DNA of 63,289 nucleotides, counting the filler, from Choristocarpus tenellus KU-1152 (Eukaryota; Protista; Phaeophyceae): NCBI GenBank assembly GCA_964200185.2. It is 13 parts of 13 records of this genome, joined end to end, with 100 filler letters (N's around TTAATTAATTAA, not from the genome) between each part and the next. Parts side by side here need not be neighbours in the genome. Positions count along the whole stretch, not along the records: positions 1 to 6,785 come from CAXNAD020007359.1; positions 6,886 to 10,823 come from CAXNAD020017042.1; positions 10,924 to 14,768 come from CAXNAD020017606.1; 10 more parts are not named here. The stretch is one strand, 5' to 3'. The translations under genes were made by a program, and so were the position numbers. The notes beneath the pieces are model-generated. The model was not told the origin of the DNA. It did not search any database and worked only from the letters and a program-made list of their open reading frames with translations. Positions 1-12,268 of the stretch are shown here, piece after piece (positions within the stretch are counted from its first letter, which is position 1; every line of letters begins with the position of its first letter).

Positions 1-62
1 GGGCTCTTTTTCCCCCCCTTCTTCCGGGACTGCCCCCCCTGCATTGGGCCCGGCCCCCCTCG

Positions 63-95
<33 letters not shown>

Positions 96-1032
96 TTTCG
101 TTTACTGGAACCAGTCCTGATGCGCCACTTTCACCCTGCTCACGATTCCCCACACCCGCACCACTCCCTGGGGCCATGGGAGCTGTGGAAATTTCTGATG
201 CAGACTCTGATGGACTGACCGCCTTACCTGCTTCTGAACTCCCCGCCATCGTTGCAGTCGTTGCCACATTTGCTGCAGCATCTGTTTCCCCTGCCCCTTT
301 CTGATCGGTGGTTTTACACCCCCCTCCTCTGTTTCCTCCTCCTCCTCCTGCAGGCCGTACCGCCTCTGTTTTGGTTTCATCTACCCTGCCCCCGCCCACA
401 CTGGCTTTTTGACTGCGCAGCAATGAAAGGAGTTGCATGCGACGTTTGTGTTCCTTGTTAGAAAACGCCTCCTTCAGTGCCAGTAACGCCTCTAGGAACA
501 GCCTTCGTCCTTTGAGGTGGGCTAAGATACGCTGTCCCACCTTGGCCCCGCTGGGACCCCATTCTCCTCCTCCCTCCCCACGGTGGTCATTTTCAATGCC
601 AAGACTAGCGCTGCTGTTGCCACTGCCCCTGCCCTCATTGCTACCTACCTCCTTATCCTTGGATCGTGGCTGTGCATTTGAGCTCAATTGGACCTTCACA
701 GGAATGACGGGGTTTTTTTCATATATCAGTGCCATCTATTACAGTGTTTGTTTGGTGTGGAAGATAGAAGCAGGGGAAGGGGTTTTACTAACTATTGATG
801 AGGCGGGATGAGACCACCACCCTTATGTCTTGTCTTGTAAACAGGCATACCATCAATAGCACCAGGTACTCTAGCGGGACATGCAGTGGCAGGGCAAGGT
901 TTGATCACACTATTGGTATTGAAGTGCATAGCCTATTGTAAGGCGTGTTGGTTTTCCGTTAAGAGGAAGGCTTGACCCTATATTGCCAGTAGGGAGACTG
1001 AGCAGTGAAAGCAGAGTTTCGTTGGCACAGGC

Positions 1033-1076
1033 TGTACACTGCTTGTACACTGCTTGTACACTGCTTGCACACTACT
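1033..1076. repeat. 11-bp tandem repeat (TGTACACTGCT) x ~4
   Basis: tgtacactgct tgtacactgct tgtacactgct tgcacactact read directly. Confidence 0.9.
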
Positions 1077-1494
1077 TCAATTCTCACGAAACTCTTGGAA
1101 CTGAGTTAGAATCAAGTTAGAATCAATCTCAAACATCCATCATGTGCAATCTCAAAACAACTACTGGGAAAAGACCTTGGAACAAATTGTCAACTACTGG
1201 GACTAATCGCGAAATATCAGTTACGCCAATATGACGCATGCTGCACCTTTACTTCAATATGACTAGGACAAGAACGCCTACAAGGTGGCAAGGCATGTCG
1301 GGATACATTGGCAGGCTTTTTCGATCACAGGCGCCCTCCACGCGTTCTAACACTACACTAGAGGTACAGCTAGTTCCGCACTTGGAACGGAAGGAATAGC
1401 TTGGGGTGAAACATTCTTCACTCTCCCATCAGACTTCTATAGCACCCCCATCAATTTCTAAGACACTTACTGGATGTTTTTCTGTATAAAAAAT

Positions 1495-1498
<4 letters not shown>

Positions 1499-1526
<28 letters not shown>
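1499..1526. repeat. (AT)n microsatellite
   Basis: Direct reading. Similar (CA)n/(TA)n at about 2575-2615 and (TG)n at about 9768-9796. Confidence 0.95.
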
Positions 1527-1529
<3 letters not shown>

Positions 1530-1813
1530 ACGCTGACGGTGCCATCGATCTCATCATTAACCCCCCAAATATGATGTTGCTCTATGCTTTTGAACACTAA
1601 TGTCGCGCTTGTGCTCATAGATACGTCTAGTCCTCGGTGCAGATATAACGTTCTCTCCATACATGACCTAAACTAGTGATAAAACAAAGTAGGCTTCCAC
1701 GTTGTTGATGGCGTTAGCATTTCTATTCAAGTTACACTGCTATTTCTCAGAGTCGAGAACATTTTTTTTTTTCTGTCACGTGCTATGTCCGCTGACACTT
1801 CGCAGATAGCGTC

Positions 1814-1848
<35 letters not shown>

Positions 1849-3084
1849 AGAGGCAACACGTGAGAGAACTCAACCCGCAAGATGGCAGGCAGCAGAGCCT
1901 GTGCTGCATATGGCAATAGCCTTCCCCTACACCAACAGTACTGGTGGTATTATTGGATTAAAAAAGAAAACAGATGCCTCCCTATACTGCAATAGTGCAT
2001 GTAATACATCTGAGCAAAGACATGCAACAGACAAGCATCAGATCATGCAGCCGGACATATATCACTCACTCGATGGCGGTATGCACTCTTGAACTCATAC
2101 CGTCATCGGTATATATGGTGATTTTCATCACAGTGTGGTAATGATGTTGGCGTTGGTGACTAGTGGAGGTTATTCATAATATGAAAGTTGGTTGAAGGTG
2201 TAGATTCAGATACAAAAGTTTGCCGTCACGTGCCCGTAACTTTAAACACAAGTATGGAGCGGATATTTTCACCACGAATCTCTTTCACCAGTGCCATATT
2301 CATCTACTACCCCCTTTACTACCCCCTTTATGCAGCACACGAAGACCATCGACCCTGAGCTAAAGCGAGTTATCCATCACCCCCAAGACTGTTGTGGGAT
2401 CATTCAATTCCCGGTTACAGTAGGAATCGACACTGGCAACTACTCTCACAGAATCAAAAGACTTCAACTGGCTAGAGAGGTAGTTCTGAATTAGTGGCAA
2501 CACCGATAACATTAGCATAGAAGTGTTCGCGTTTGTATTCATTGCGCCTGAGGTGTTCAGTGGATATACATAAACACATACACACACATATCTATCTATA
2601 TATATATATATATATAATGCCATTGTTTGTGAGCACTTTCAGTATAAGCAGCTCTATTACGGTCACAACATCAGCCGGTCAGTGGAAGGCTCCCCATCCT
2701 ATTCAAGGTAGCAGACAGTAACAAACATCAATAGCGACCCATTTCTTACATATTTCTACAGGTGGACAGAAATTTGAGGTGTCCTTCTCTCACCGTACTG
2801 CATCATACTGCTACGTTTGTAGGCTCTGTTGGTGAAGTAATTGTCTGTACCAAAGCAATCTTGAACACAGAAATTGCACAATGATGGCACATGGGTATGG
2901 AGGGCAACACAATCCACTACTACACAGATTGCGAACTTAAATCACCCCAAATGTAAGACTGCGACAAAAGCAAAATGTTGCTGCATCAGTCTCCCCCTCC
3001 CTGCACTCCAAAAACAGTGAAACAGCTCTAGTACAGCAGTAGTGTTGTCGGGGGAGGAGAAGCGCACTGCCATATCGATGCCCT

Positions 3085-3563
3085 TCACATTTGGGACAGT
3101 CCACAAATGGTGGCGAGAGCAGCAATTAGGACACTAAATGGTATCGTCGGACATTTTTCTATTCCCTTCAAGAGGTGGCCACCCAGATATAACAGGTAGT
3201 CAATTCCTTCAAATACATCCCTCAACCAGACCCCAGCTGTGTATGACCCAGCTTTCTCCCTCCCCATGGAACTCACCCTCTGTCCCACAGCCCTCTCCGC
3301 CAGGGCTAACAGGGCCAAGATGGCACCATCTTCTACCTGTGGCACCAGTCTAAAGCCATAGGTATTGGCATTGAAATCTTCCTCATCATAGATATCTGCC
3401 AGTAGTATGATGTCCCTCGCCATGGAGCAGCAACGCAGTGTGCCCAGGGAGTGAGCTAGAAGGGCCAGTGTTAGAGCCTTATCGCTCCAGTGACTCGATA
3501 CACCACTCCCATCATTGGGGCTACCACTGCCTTGATTCTCTGTATTCCGATTCCCACAATTGC
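3085..3563 (-). CDS. NAA35: NAA35/Mak10 exon 3 (3' boundary and later exons unresolved)
   Basis: ARDIILLADIYDEEDFNANTYGFRL matches the Mak10 EEDF..TYGF motif. Phase-1 aag acceptor at 3564 fits the exon 2 donor. End coordinate is just the ORF stop. Confidence 0.75.
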
Positions 3564-3862
3564 CTTTGCCAGGGAAGATTCCAGTGCATGGACGGGAAAA
3601 GAAGAGCATGCGATCTTTATGGTAGTATTATTGTATGCGAAAGGTGGCTGTATGGGGAAGGACAGGCAAAATCGTACCAGAAAAAAGAAGGGGACTTCTC
3701 AATACTTAACACACTCCACTAACCCACTTCAGAGCAAAAATAGTGGCAAACTCTTGAGAGTTATCTTTCCAGAAATATAGACGTAAAGGAGATTACGCAC
3801 TGTAATTAATTTTTCAGTCATACACTAGGGTGGATTTGCGTTTGATGTACGCGAACCCTAAC

Positions 3863-4199
3863 CTGAGTCGATTTGGAGGTCGAGCTTCGGGAACCCAACC
3901 TGCGGTAGTGGTCCCAGTCCAAGCTCGTCCATGAGAGCGGAATAGGCCAGAGGATGAAGATAGAGGCACGTATAGAGGGTTTCGGGCAGGGTGCCACCCT
4001 CGTGCCATGCAATCTCACAAACTACCATGCCGTCCAGAACCCCAAGCAGAACCTCGGCTGGGGATATTGTCTCATTCCCCAACAAGGCCTCATCTGTAGC
4101 CGACGAGGAGATCACTGGTGGAGTCGAGGGTTTAAGACGATGCGAGAAATTTTCCAGCTTTCTTGGCAGAACACCATCTTCAATCCTGGATTCTAGAGA
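3863..4199 (-). CDS. NAA35: NAA35/Mak10 exon 2
   Basis: Polypyrimidine tract + cag acceptor in phase 0. Encodes LLGVLDGMVVCEIAWHEGGTLPETLYTCLYLH (Mak10 W-x-x-G-x-x-L-x-x-T-x-x-T-C-L-Y motif). Donor G|gttagg proposed; an alternative donor exists near 3900. Confidence 0.85.
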
Positions 4200-4397
4200 C
4201 TGGGACGGTGACAAGACGGAAAAGGAGAGGCCAGGAAATAAGAGCGGTGCCCTGATTCTCTGCGTTTAATTGCACTACAGCTATCATAATAGGAAAACAA
4301 ATATGCAAAAAGTTAAGCACATTTGTAGCAAATACATAACTACGAGCCAAGGTCGAGCAAAGAGCAACAAGGTGAATATTGGGTGAAGGTGGGCTAC

Positions 4398-4664
4398 CTG
4401 CAACGCAGGCAAAGGCTTGTCCATCTTGGGATCCATGAGCTCAAGCGCCGACATTGCATCGAACAGGCTGAAATGACTCCCATGTATCATCTCGTCGGGT
4501 CCCAGCTCTGCCGCCGCCTCTTTGCAGAGGGCAGTGATGTCTTGCCATTCCTCGCATTTTTGTTCCTCGATCGAATTGGCAATCGTAGGACTACTTTCAC
4601 TATTTTGGTCCCCGATTGATACCGGGTGAACCATGTCTTCGTCGGCTCTACTGGCAATATCCAT
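4398..4664 (-). CDS. NAA35: N-alpha-acetyltransferase 35 (NatC auxiliary subunit, Mak10), exon 1
   Basis: WQDITALCKEAAAELGPDEMIHGSHFSLFDAMSALELMDPKMD matches the Mak10 N-terminal signature. ATG at 4664; donor CAG|gtagcc after 4398 (phase 0). Confidence 0.9.
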
Positions 4665-4974
4665 TTTGCCTTGCCCTCTATTGGAGCAGTGAGAGACCCT
4701 CAGTTGCTGGTCAGGGTCAACCCCTGTTTCAGTTTTCCCTCCCCTACGGTTTAAAACTCATTGTCCAATAAACATTGATCCGTGTTTTCTTATTTCCCCG
4801 GTGTGTCGTACATGAACTACTATTGAGTACGCCATTCCCTCAAACATCTCTCAGTGCTCGGCACTACCTGTGCTGGGAGCCTGGAAGGAGTACCCTCATA
4901 CCTTTCCCCCTTGATATTAAGCTGCTGTAAAGTCGACGGTGGATGCCGTGGGTGGCATCCAGGCCCCAAAGCAC

Positions 4975-5404
4975 ATGGATTATTCAAGGCAACGTATTCT
5001 GATCTTCATGTCTTTCTGCTTCGTAGTTGCTGCGTCCCGTTGCGCCTTCAACCCAGGCCTCCCTGAAATTTCGTCACACAATTTGCGGAGCCCATACCGC
5101 TCATTTCCCAGCCGCTCATTGACTGGCTTGGTAAGCATGAGCGAGGAGAAACAGACCACGGGGAAACTACGTCCCACCTCCCAACGAGGTCGGAAACCCG
5201 TAAATCCCTTCGCGAGATCTTCTTCCACTCTCACCTCCCCGGGGATGGCTATTGCAGAGGTGGCCGAATATCCTAGGAGACCGTTGATCGGTCTTCGCCG
5301 TATGCTGTGGAAGCTTAAGAATCCTTCAATTCCTCAGAGTATTAACGACGAGGGGAGATTCCTGTTACTCGCCTCTTTGGTGGGACTCATCACAGGAACC
5401 GCAG
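4975..5404 (+). CDS. CLC-family chloride channel/transporter, exon 1, with bipartite plastid presequence
   Basis: ATG at 4975; hydrophobic signal peptide ending VAASRCA-FNP; S/R-rich transit-like segment; then helix FLLLASLVGLITGTA. Donor GCAG|gtaag. Confidence 0.7.
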
Positions 5405-5847
5405 GTAAGGTGACCCCCCCCTCTCACCATCAATTGGATGGCGTACTTGCCTCGGACCAGCTATTTCAGCAGATAGGTAGAAGATGAAACTTGTTAGATC
5501 CATCGAGTTCTGTCGGCGTGCATTGTCTTACTCAAATCGTGCAGCCTACACTATTCCATTTAGCAGACTCGTCACTAGGCTTGCATGATGTGGGTTCATT
5601 TTTCCATCGCAATTGGGTGACGAGCTCGCCTGATGAGACTTTCGAGTATGCCGACACGAATAGATGGTGTTGGCAACTGCAAGTAAGGTACATACGCAGG
5701 TCTTGACCCACCACTCTCACTCCCATGCATTTTGACATCGCCTCACTCAACATGAATGCGCCCCCATCACCAGCACCTCCTCTATCACAGAGGTGGCAAC
5801 AGTCTCACATCCCCTATCCATTTCTCCACTCACCTTACAAACTACAG

Positions 5848-6073
5848 TCACTGTGTTTAAGACGATGATAGGGTCTGTGAAGAGGTACTCGTACGGCGAC
5901 CTTGTCGGTATTTTTCCAGTTAAATTCGCGCCCTTGGTGGCAGCCTTAGTGCCAGTTCTGGGGGGTGCCGGAGTGGTGCTACTGAAGCACTTGATGGCAC
6001 TAAAGTCGTTTGGACCAGGCCTCAGCGGTCTCACAGAGGAGGTTGACAGGCAGACCCCGTGGAACCCAGCTAG
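5848..6073 (+). CDS. CLC-family chloride channel/transporter, exon 2 (gene continues off contig)
   Basis: Phase-1 tacag acceptor joins to give LVGLITGTAVTVFK...ALVPVLGGAGVVLL...FGPGLSGL, the N-terminal helix pattern of CLC proteins. Donor AG|gtggg. Confidence 0.7.
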
Positions 6074-6785
6074 GTGGGTGTTTGCGACACATGAAACAAT
6101 GTAAATATGAGGGAGTTTGGGTTGTAGCTCCAACAAGCACAAGCAAGGCTTTTTACAATCTCAGGTTGTATGGTAGGGAAGAGTGCTTGCACTTAACCTC
6201 TCCCTTGCAAAGACTCAATTTGATTCGTGTACTGTAAGTATGGAATAAAATGTTAAATGTTAACAGTTGAAAGGGGAGGATATTGTTTTCCTTGAAAGAG
6301 TAAAGAGTAAGGTTGTTTTTCAAGTCCACTAGGAGCAATCATCTAACTTGCAACTTTTTCCAGCTTGGGGGTATGACTGTTGGTACATATCAATTGTCTT
6401 TAAAAATGGGATCAAGGGCAATCAATCTTTGGAGCTATTTCTTCATAAGACAGACAGAACACAGGTAACACAGTTATAATCTTAATGGGACAGAAAAATA
6501 GTCTTTGATGTTCTTTCTTCAAAAGATGTGAGCTATCAAGCCTGGTGAAAAATGCACAGTACATCAAACAAACCACTAGTCATTATTCAGCAAGTCAGAG
6601 TCACCTCGGCGTCCACACTCAAGCTCATTATACACGCCTATCAAACATCAAAACCAAAAGTCACTCACCAATCTTCTTTTTTTTTCCTCCACAGCACAAC
6701 CGCTCACTCCCCCCCCCCCCCCCCCCCACAAAACCCAAAAACACGCCACTACCGACACAAAAAAACCCCCCCCACCCGCCTGCAG

Positions 6786-6885
6786 NNNNNNNNNNNNNNN
6801 NNNNNNNNNNNNNNNNNNNNNNNNNNNNNTTAATTAATTAANNNNNNNNNNNNNNNNNNNNNNNNNNNNNNNNNNNNNNNNNNNN
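6786..6885. other. Artificial contig linker (first of 12)
   Basis: 44 N + TTAATTAATTAA (stops in all six frames) + 44 N. Identical linkers at 10824-10923, 14769-14868, 21597-21696, 29055-29154, 33835-33934, 36842-36941, 41753-41852, 45098-45197, 48635-48734, 53389-53488 and 59544-59643. Confidence 0.98.
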
Positions 6886-6930
6886 ATCAAATATTGTACT
6901 CATGTATATAGTTTTCATTGGTTTCCCCCT

Positions 6931-7096
6931 GACACATCTGCAAAATGTCAAAGGGTATAATAATAAAATACAAAGAATAATTGGTGTATTGTGTATGTGG
7001 TTTGTAATGGGTGTTTGGACCTGACTATCCCAACAAAAGAATGTGGGTGTATATATATTTTTATTATTATGCACTCTGACATTTTGCAGATGTCTC
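6931..7096. mobile_element. Small inverted-repeat element (MITE-like hairpin)
   Basis: About 41-bp arms: gacacatctgcaaaatgtcaaagggtataataataaaat (6931-6970) versus the reverse complement of 7056-7096. A related left arm plus flank recurs at about 14633-14705. Confidence 0.6.
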
Positions 7097-7419
7097 TGTG
7101 TATATCAGTAATAGAGGTGTATATGGTATATCGATTCTTTCTGGTTACTAACAACATACAAGAAAAATAATTTATTCACAACCTTAAAATTGTTTTGGGG
7201 TTTGGTAATAGGAATCATAGACTTCCAAGTCTTCCTGAACCGCCTCGTTCCACGATTTTGAAATGAAAGTCAACCTTGTTGACCCGAACCCACACAGTAT
7301 CCCCACCTCGCGACGACCTTTGTACCTACCCGAGGGCACACTATCGTACGAACTAGCAGTCCTGAAAACAACCATAGGCGAGGGCGATTATTGCGTACAC
7401 CCCCAACACAGAGCGCACG

Positions 7420-7923
7420 ATGCGAGCTGACTGGGATATTGCGCCACCACCGCCTATTCCTAGGGTCAGGGCCTCCACCCAACTTTCCTCAGTTTCACCG
7501 TCTAGTTCGGCTGAAGAACGATCTTACCAGAAGTCGAACGAGCGGTACGGCATAGGTCCAGCTTTGCGTGTGAAATACGCATTTGGCGGAGATGAAGAGG
7601 TGCTGCCTAAGGAGGCCGAGGACGGAACTACAGAGCACATTTCGGTCCCCGTCACGCTGCAAGAAATGCGGGTTCAGGTCCTTTGCCGATTTCGCCCCTT
7701 GGTGGAGGGGTGGCCTTCAAATTACGTTAGCAATAAGACAGAGGGTTGGTTGCGCTTTGGAGAAACTGCACACATGGAGGGTGGGGTGGATGATCTGGAA
7801 AAGTGCGAGAGGGGCTGGGGAAGGGTCAGACAACAGGTGGAAACAGTATGTGTTTGCGTGGAGGGGAGATGGAGCAAACGTGGCTTTGACCGGGTTTTCA
7901 GACCAGGGATCAACCAGCTAGAG
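7420..7923 (+). CDS. Kinesin motor protein, exon 1 (start codon tentative)
   Basis: RVQVLCRFRP and GFDRVF..Q motifs; donor GAG|gtaatt. Confidence 0.85.
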
Positions 7924-8545
7924 GTAATTCAGTGATCTATGATGGCGTGGTTGCTGATAGTGGTGATTGCATGACTAGGCTGAAGAGCCCTGGACCTCCA
8001 TATTGTATGAAGTGGGTTATTGATAGTCTCCTCTTGTCCAGCGCAGTCGGGAATGTGTTTGCCATTTTGGAAGTACTACTGCAGGTATCAACGCGAACTT
8101 GACCGAGGAACCAAGCATTCTGGATCTTGCACATTTCTAATTTCTCGAGGACTTTCGCAGTTGGTACAAGCCACCATGGAAACTGTCGATCAAACTCGAT
8201 TCCGCCCGTGGTATAGACATCTTCTCGCTGTACTTTGACTGTGTTTGTACCGGATCTATTGTGGCCTATTTCGCTGCATTCTGCGCTCCAGTTGCATCCT
8301 CAAGTGCAACGGCGCTGCCGTTCTGCCAGAATGCTTACATAAGTTTTTTTTTCGTGTCTGTTTTCTATGAGTTGCCTATCAGTCTTGAATCTTTGTTTTA
8401 AGGAGAAATCTTCCTGTTCACATCTAAAGTCAATTCTGGATACTTCCTTGAGAACACAAAAAAAGCAGCTCCCACTACTACAGTACAATGCAGTGCAAGA
8501 GTACCGCAACCAACCCCCAGTGCCAATCTTTTCCCACATCTGAAG

Positions 8546-8890
8546 GTGTACCGTGCTGTGGAGAACATTGCCAACGGGGTCGTGTCTGGATTCAATGGGA
8601 CAATAATGGCCTATGGCCAGACAGGTTCAGGGAAAACGTACACCATGGAAGGCGAAAGAAGCCCCATCAGCACCCCGAAAACACTCTCATCTTCCTGTCG
8701 AGCTACGGCTTCTGCTGTTGTTGAGGTGGGAAATAAAGAGGGTATCATCTCCAGGTCAATATTTACCATCCTTAAGGAGGCAACTGCACGAAGGGACCAA
8801 GGGTGTGAGTTTGCCTTGTCTGCCAGCTATGTTGAGATATACAATGAGAGGGTACGGGACCTGCTGCGTCCCAAGAACAACAATATGAAG
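8546..8890 (+). CDS. Kinesin motor protein, exon 2 (P-loop)
   Basis: GFNGTIMAYGQTGSGKTYTMEG and SYVEIYNERVRDLL; aag acceptor and AAG|gtgtg donor, phase 0. Confidence 0.95.
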
Positions 8891-9388
8891 GTGTGTTCCC
8901 ACCACAGATACAACAGAGATTAATTGGCGGTTCGGGAGGAGAGTACTGACAGCTGCAACAGGTAGTGGGCATTGGGGCCTTGATAGAGAAGACACATTCG
9001 GCAAGGTTGGGCATGGATATTGGTGAATGCGAACAGAAGTGTGGTACTGTCATGACAGTTACGTCCTAGAGTGCCAGGTACTATTTATCCTTGCGATAGG
9101 TGTAGTTGGTATGCAACGCCTTGCTCAGTTCTTTTGCTTGTTTACCCATCCTCATGTCAATACAATTAATGTCTCCCTTCTTCCCCAAGCCCCTCCCTCT
9201 CTCCACTTACTCAGAGGACCTGTACGCCCTCGAGGAGAAATGTGTGGTTTTATTCCCTCTCTAATGATATGGTGGCTTTTGACTCACTGTGAGTATCTCC
9301 GTCTTGTGAGGGTAAGAGCACCCGCCTGACAGTGCTTATTTGTCATATTCCCTCTCAACCCCCCCTCCCCATGACCTCAAATTCATAG

Positions 9389-9568
9389 GTAGTGGAGCAT
9401 CCCGGGGAAGGCTTTGTTGCATCAGGAGCACAGGAATTGTTGGTTACGTGCCTGGATGATGCCAGGCACATATTGGCCGAGGGGTCCCGCCACCGTACCA
9501 TGGCACCCACCCTTATGAACAAGGATTCAAGCCGCAGTCACAGTATCATGACTCTCAGACTCGACCAG
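9389..9568 (+). CDS. Kinesin motor protein, exon 3 (switch I)
   Basis: TLMNKDSSRSHSI; tag acceptor; probable GC donor CAG|gcatgt. Confidence 0.92.
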
Positions 9569-9761
9569 GCATGTTATAGAACAACGTGTGCACTTCCACC
9601 CCTAACTTTAAATTGCCCCCCTTTGTTTTATTCACTCTCCGTGGCATTCCTTTAGTGAGGACTACGTGTGCAGCTTTCTCATCAATTTTTCGCCAGTGCA
9701 TCTACCCTCTATTAATAGCTGTGCTTATCTTATGGTGATCCAAAATGGATACTTCGAAGTC

Positions 9762-9799
<38 letters not shown>

Positions 9800-9910
9800 C
9801 TTTGGAATGGGCCACCCTCTCCCCTCCGGGACGGGCGACCCTGTAGAAGGAGGAGGCCCCTCTCTTTTGACCTTGATTTCTTTTTTCTTTTTCATGTGCT
9901 GTGCATACAG

Positions 9911-10152
9911 CGTGACAGTGTTCGGAACTGTGACATGAGTGGCCGGCTGGTGCTGGTTGACCTGGCGGGTTCAGAGCGTGTGAGTAGGACACGGGCAGAG
10001 GGTCTCCGGCTGAAGGAGGCGAACCGTATCAATGTGTCCCTGACCACGCTGGGCATGGTTATCAAGGCTCTCACTGAGGCAGCCCCGCACGTTCCCTACC
10101 GGGACAGTAAGCTCACACGCCTCCTGCAGGAATCACTCGGTGGAAACAGCCG
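9911..10152 (+). CDS. Kinesin motor protein, exon 4 (switch II; gene continues)
   Basis: [32 protein letters not shown]; cag acceptor; CG|gtaagt donor. Confidence 0.95.
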
Positions 10153-11115
10153 GTAAGTGAGTGTGCCATTCTCACAACAGACAAGCCCCTATTGCCGAAG
10201 CACCTGACCCACCAAGACGTTGGTGAGGTGTAGGAGACTGTTAACGATGTGATAGGTGTTGCTTCCCTTGCTCGGTTCTTGTTTTTGAGTGGATGCTTTG
10301 TAGTGTGCGTCAATCGCTTTTTGAGGGGGTGTGAAGTGATACCTGGAGACCGTTTGTGATCTCACTATTTTCTTAGGCTTGGTACATTCACTTGCGTGCC
10401 TTCATCGTGGTTCGTGATCGTAGTTGAGCTGAGGGACAAGTGAAGAAGGATCAGCGCAGACCATCCCCCTTTCCCCAAAAAATGTCCCTTCAAGGGACAG
10501 CATAGAAAGGCTATCTATCCCTCATGCCCCTCTGGACGAACACGCTTTTGGGGTTCGTGCGTTTATGCTCGCAACTTGTGCGCGTGTTCTGGCCTTGTCC
10601 TCCGCTGCGACTGCCACCCTTGATTGAGAGCACTAGTCACCCGCCTCCCCCGCCTTTTTTCCGAGCTCTCGTTGAATCTCTTAGATTCGCACCTGTAATA
10701 TAATATTTTTGTCTTGCCAGTTGTCCACTCCTGGAAGGAACTCAAGGCAAAGGCAATGAACTCACTGTTGCCTCCCTCCACCCCCACCGATTCTGTCCCG
10801 CTACCCAACCTTTCCCCCCCCCCNNNNNNNNNNNNNNNNNNNNNNNNNNNNNNNNNNNNNNNNNNNNTTAATTAATTAANNNNNNNNNNNNNNNNNNNNN
10901 NNNNNNNNNNNNNNNNNNNNNNNGTGGCAAATAAAGAGACGTGGGGGTAGCTACTGCAACGCCACACACAGAGGGACCCCGCAAGTCCCACCAGTTCAAT
11001 GGCGTGCACCGTTGAAAAGAGACAACGTAGTTTGCCGTTCGGGGGATTGGATGGAAACCAATCTTATGCCATTAATTACCCGCCATCCTCGTGTGCACCG
11101 TTACAACTACATTAC

Positions 11116-11480
11116 TCACCAAGACGTAGGTGGAGGATTGCATTCAGTACAGCAAACACCCGCGTTCCACCCTCCATAGCCGTTTTGTTCATCTTCCGCA
11201 CCAGGAATACTGCCGACAGAACCCCCTTCACCCGTATCCTCCCTGTCTGGCAGTCCGTCCCCTCCCTCGTCTTCGTACCCTCCTTTGTGTTCGCACCCTC
11301 CCTCGTCTTCTTTCTCACGGCCATCTGATGCCGATCTGTTGTTGCTCTCAACGTCTGCGCCACCGCCATCACAGCCCCGCCCGCTGTGAACCCAGTGGAG
11401 GTTGACCTGGTTGAGGACATCCTGGTATTTCCCATCCCAGGTGGTGAGGTAAACGCGTAGAGTCGAGTCCTTCTCAAGAA
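11116..11480 (-). CDS. Possible exon of unknown protein with acidic Gly-rich tail
   Basis: Pyrimidine-rich tract + accag acceptor, then open frame ILEKDSTLRVYLTTWDGKYQDVL...; 18-bp internal repeats encode EDEGG. Same strand as the ParB-like gene; no family recognised. Confidence 0.35.
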
Positions 11481-11582
11481 TCTGGTGGTGGATACGGCGG
11501 AGGACGTTGTTGAGGAGAGGAGGGGACGATGGTGACGTCAAAAATGAGAGAGTGTAGTGGAAGTACGATAGCATGTCAATCA

Positions 11583-11840
11583 GAGTGAAAGTATCTTAGA
11601 GGGTACGAATTTTGCCCTGTTTGTCCATTTGGGGCTTGGCTTCCCACAGGTGTTTTATGGCATTTTCCTACTCCAAAATGTTTCGGAGTAGATAAAATGT
11701 GTATGTTATGAAAAGGCGTGTCTGAAACATAGATATTGACACTTCCTAACAAACACGATAGCCAAAATTACATCAAAATGGCAAAATTATATTTTGACCC
11801 GCAAATGGACGCAGCTCTACCCTCTAAGAAACTTTGGCTC
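11583..11840. mobile_element. PIF/Harbinger-like MITE, family C (complete, 258 bp)
   Basis: TIRs GAGTGAAAGTATCTTAGAGGGTA / TACCCTCTAAGAAACTTTGGCTC; perfect 3-bp TSD TCA at 11580-11582 and 11841-11843. Confidence 0.85.
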
Positions 11841-12268
11841 TCAAACAGAGCAAACGATACGGTTGACATGGTGAACGTGTTTAATGGAGGCGGCTTGCGG
11901 GGCGAAAAAGTTTGAAAGAAATCCATGTCGAGGACGCCAGCCTGTCTGTAGGTTACGACAGTGACACGTGTTGGAGGCAGAAACGAGGTGGAGATTGACG
12001 AAGATCGTTGTCTAGAGTAGAAGAAAACGATTGGCTATTCCCACTATTAGCAACGAAAGACTAGAACTGACAAAACAGCATCGTTTGTTGTAGGCAAGGC
12101 AACTCTGTCACTCATGATGATGACGAAGACCCACCACCAATCCTACCAAGCGTCAACTATTTTTTGTTGTACAAGCCATTTCAGCTGTAATTACGAACAG
12201 AGGAGGCACACTCACAGCTCTGATCGGTTGCAGAGGTTTCATTCCGACTACCGTGGAGATGTTTGCCC

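Noticed and set aside
44-811. Pro-, Gly- or Glu-rich ORFs (also about 34338 and 57595-58072)
   Set aside because: Driven by homopolymers and low complexity; no domain or splice support.
6545-7074. ORFs containing X runs or ending in LIN
   Set aside because: Artefacts of the N/TTAATTAATTAA linkers; the same applies at all other gaps.
7263-7430. 55-codon ORF overlapping the proposed kinesin start
   Set aside because: Cannot be told apart from chance or an unresolved 5' gene structure.
11583-11710. DNA match between the two ParB-like contigs as proof that they are one element
   Set aside because: The shared sequence is an independently inserted MITE with its own TIRs and TSD.
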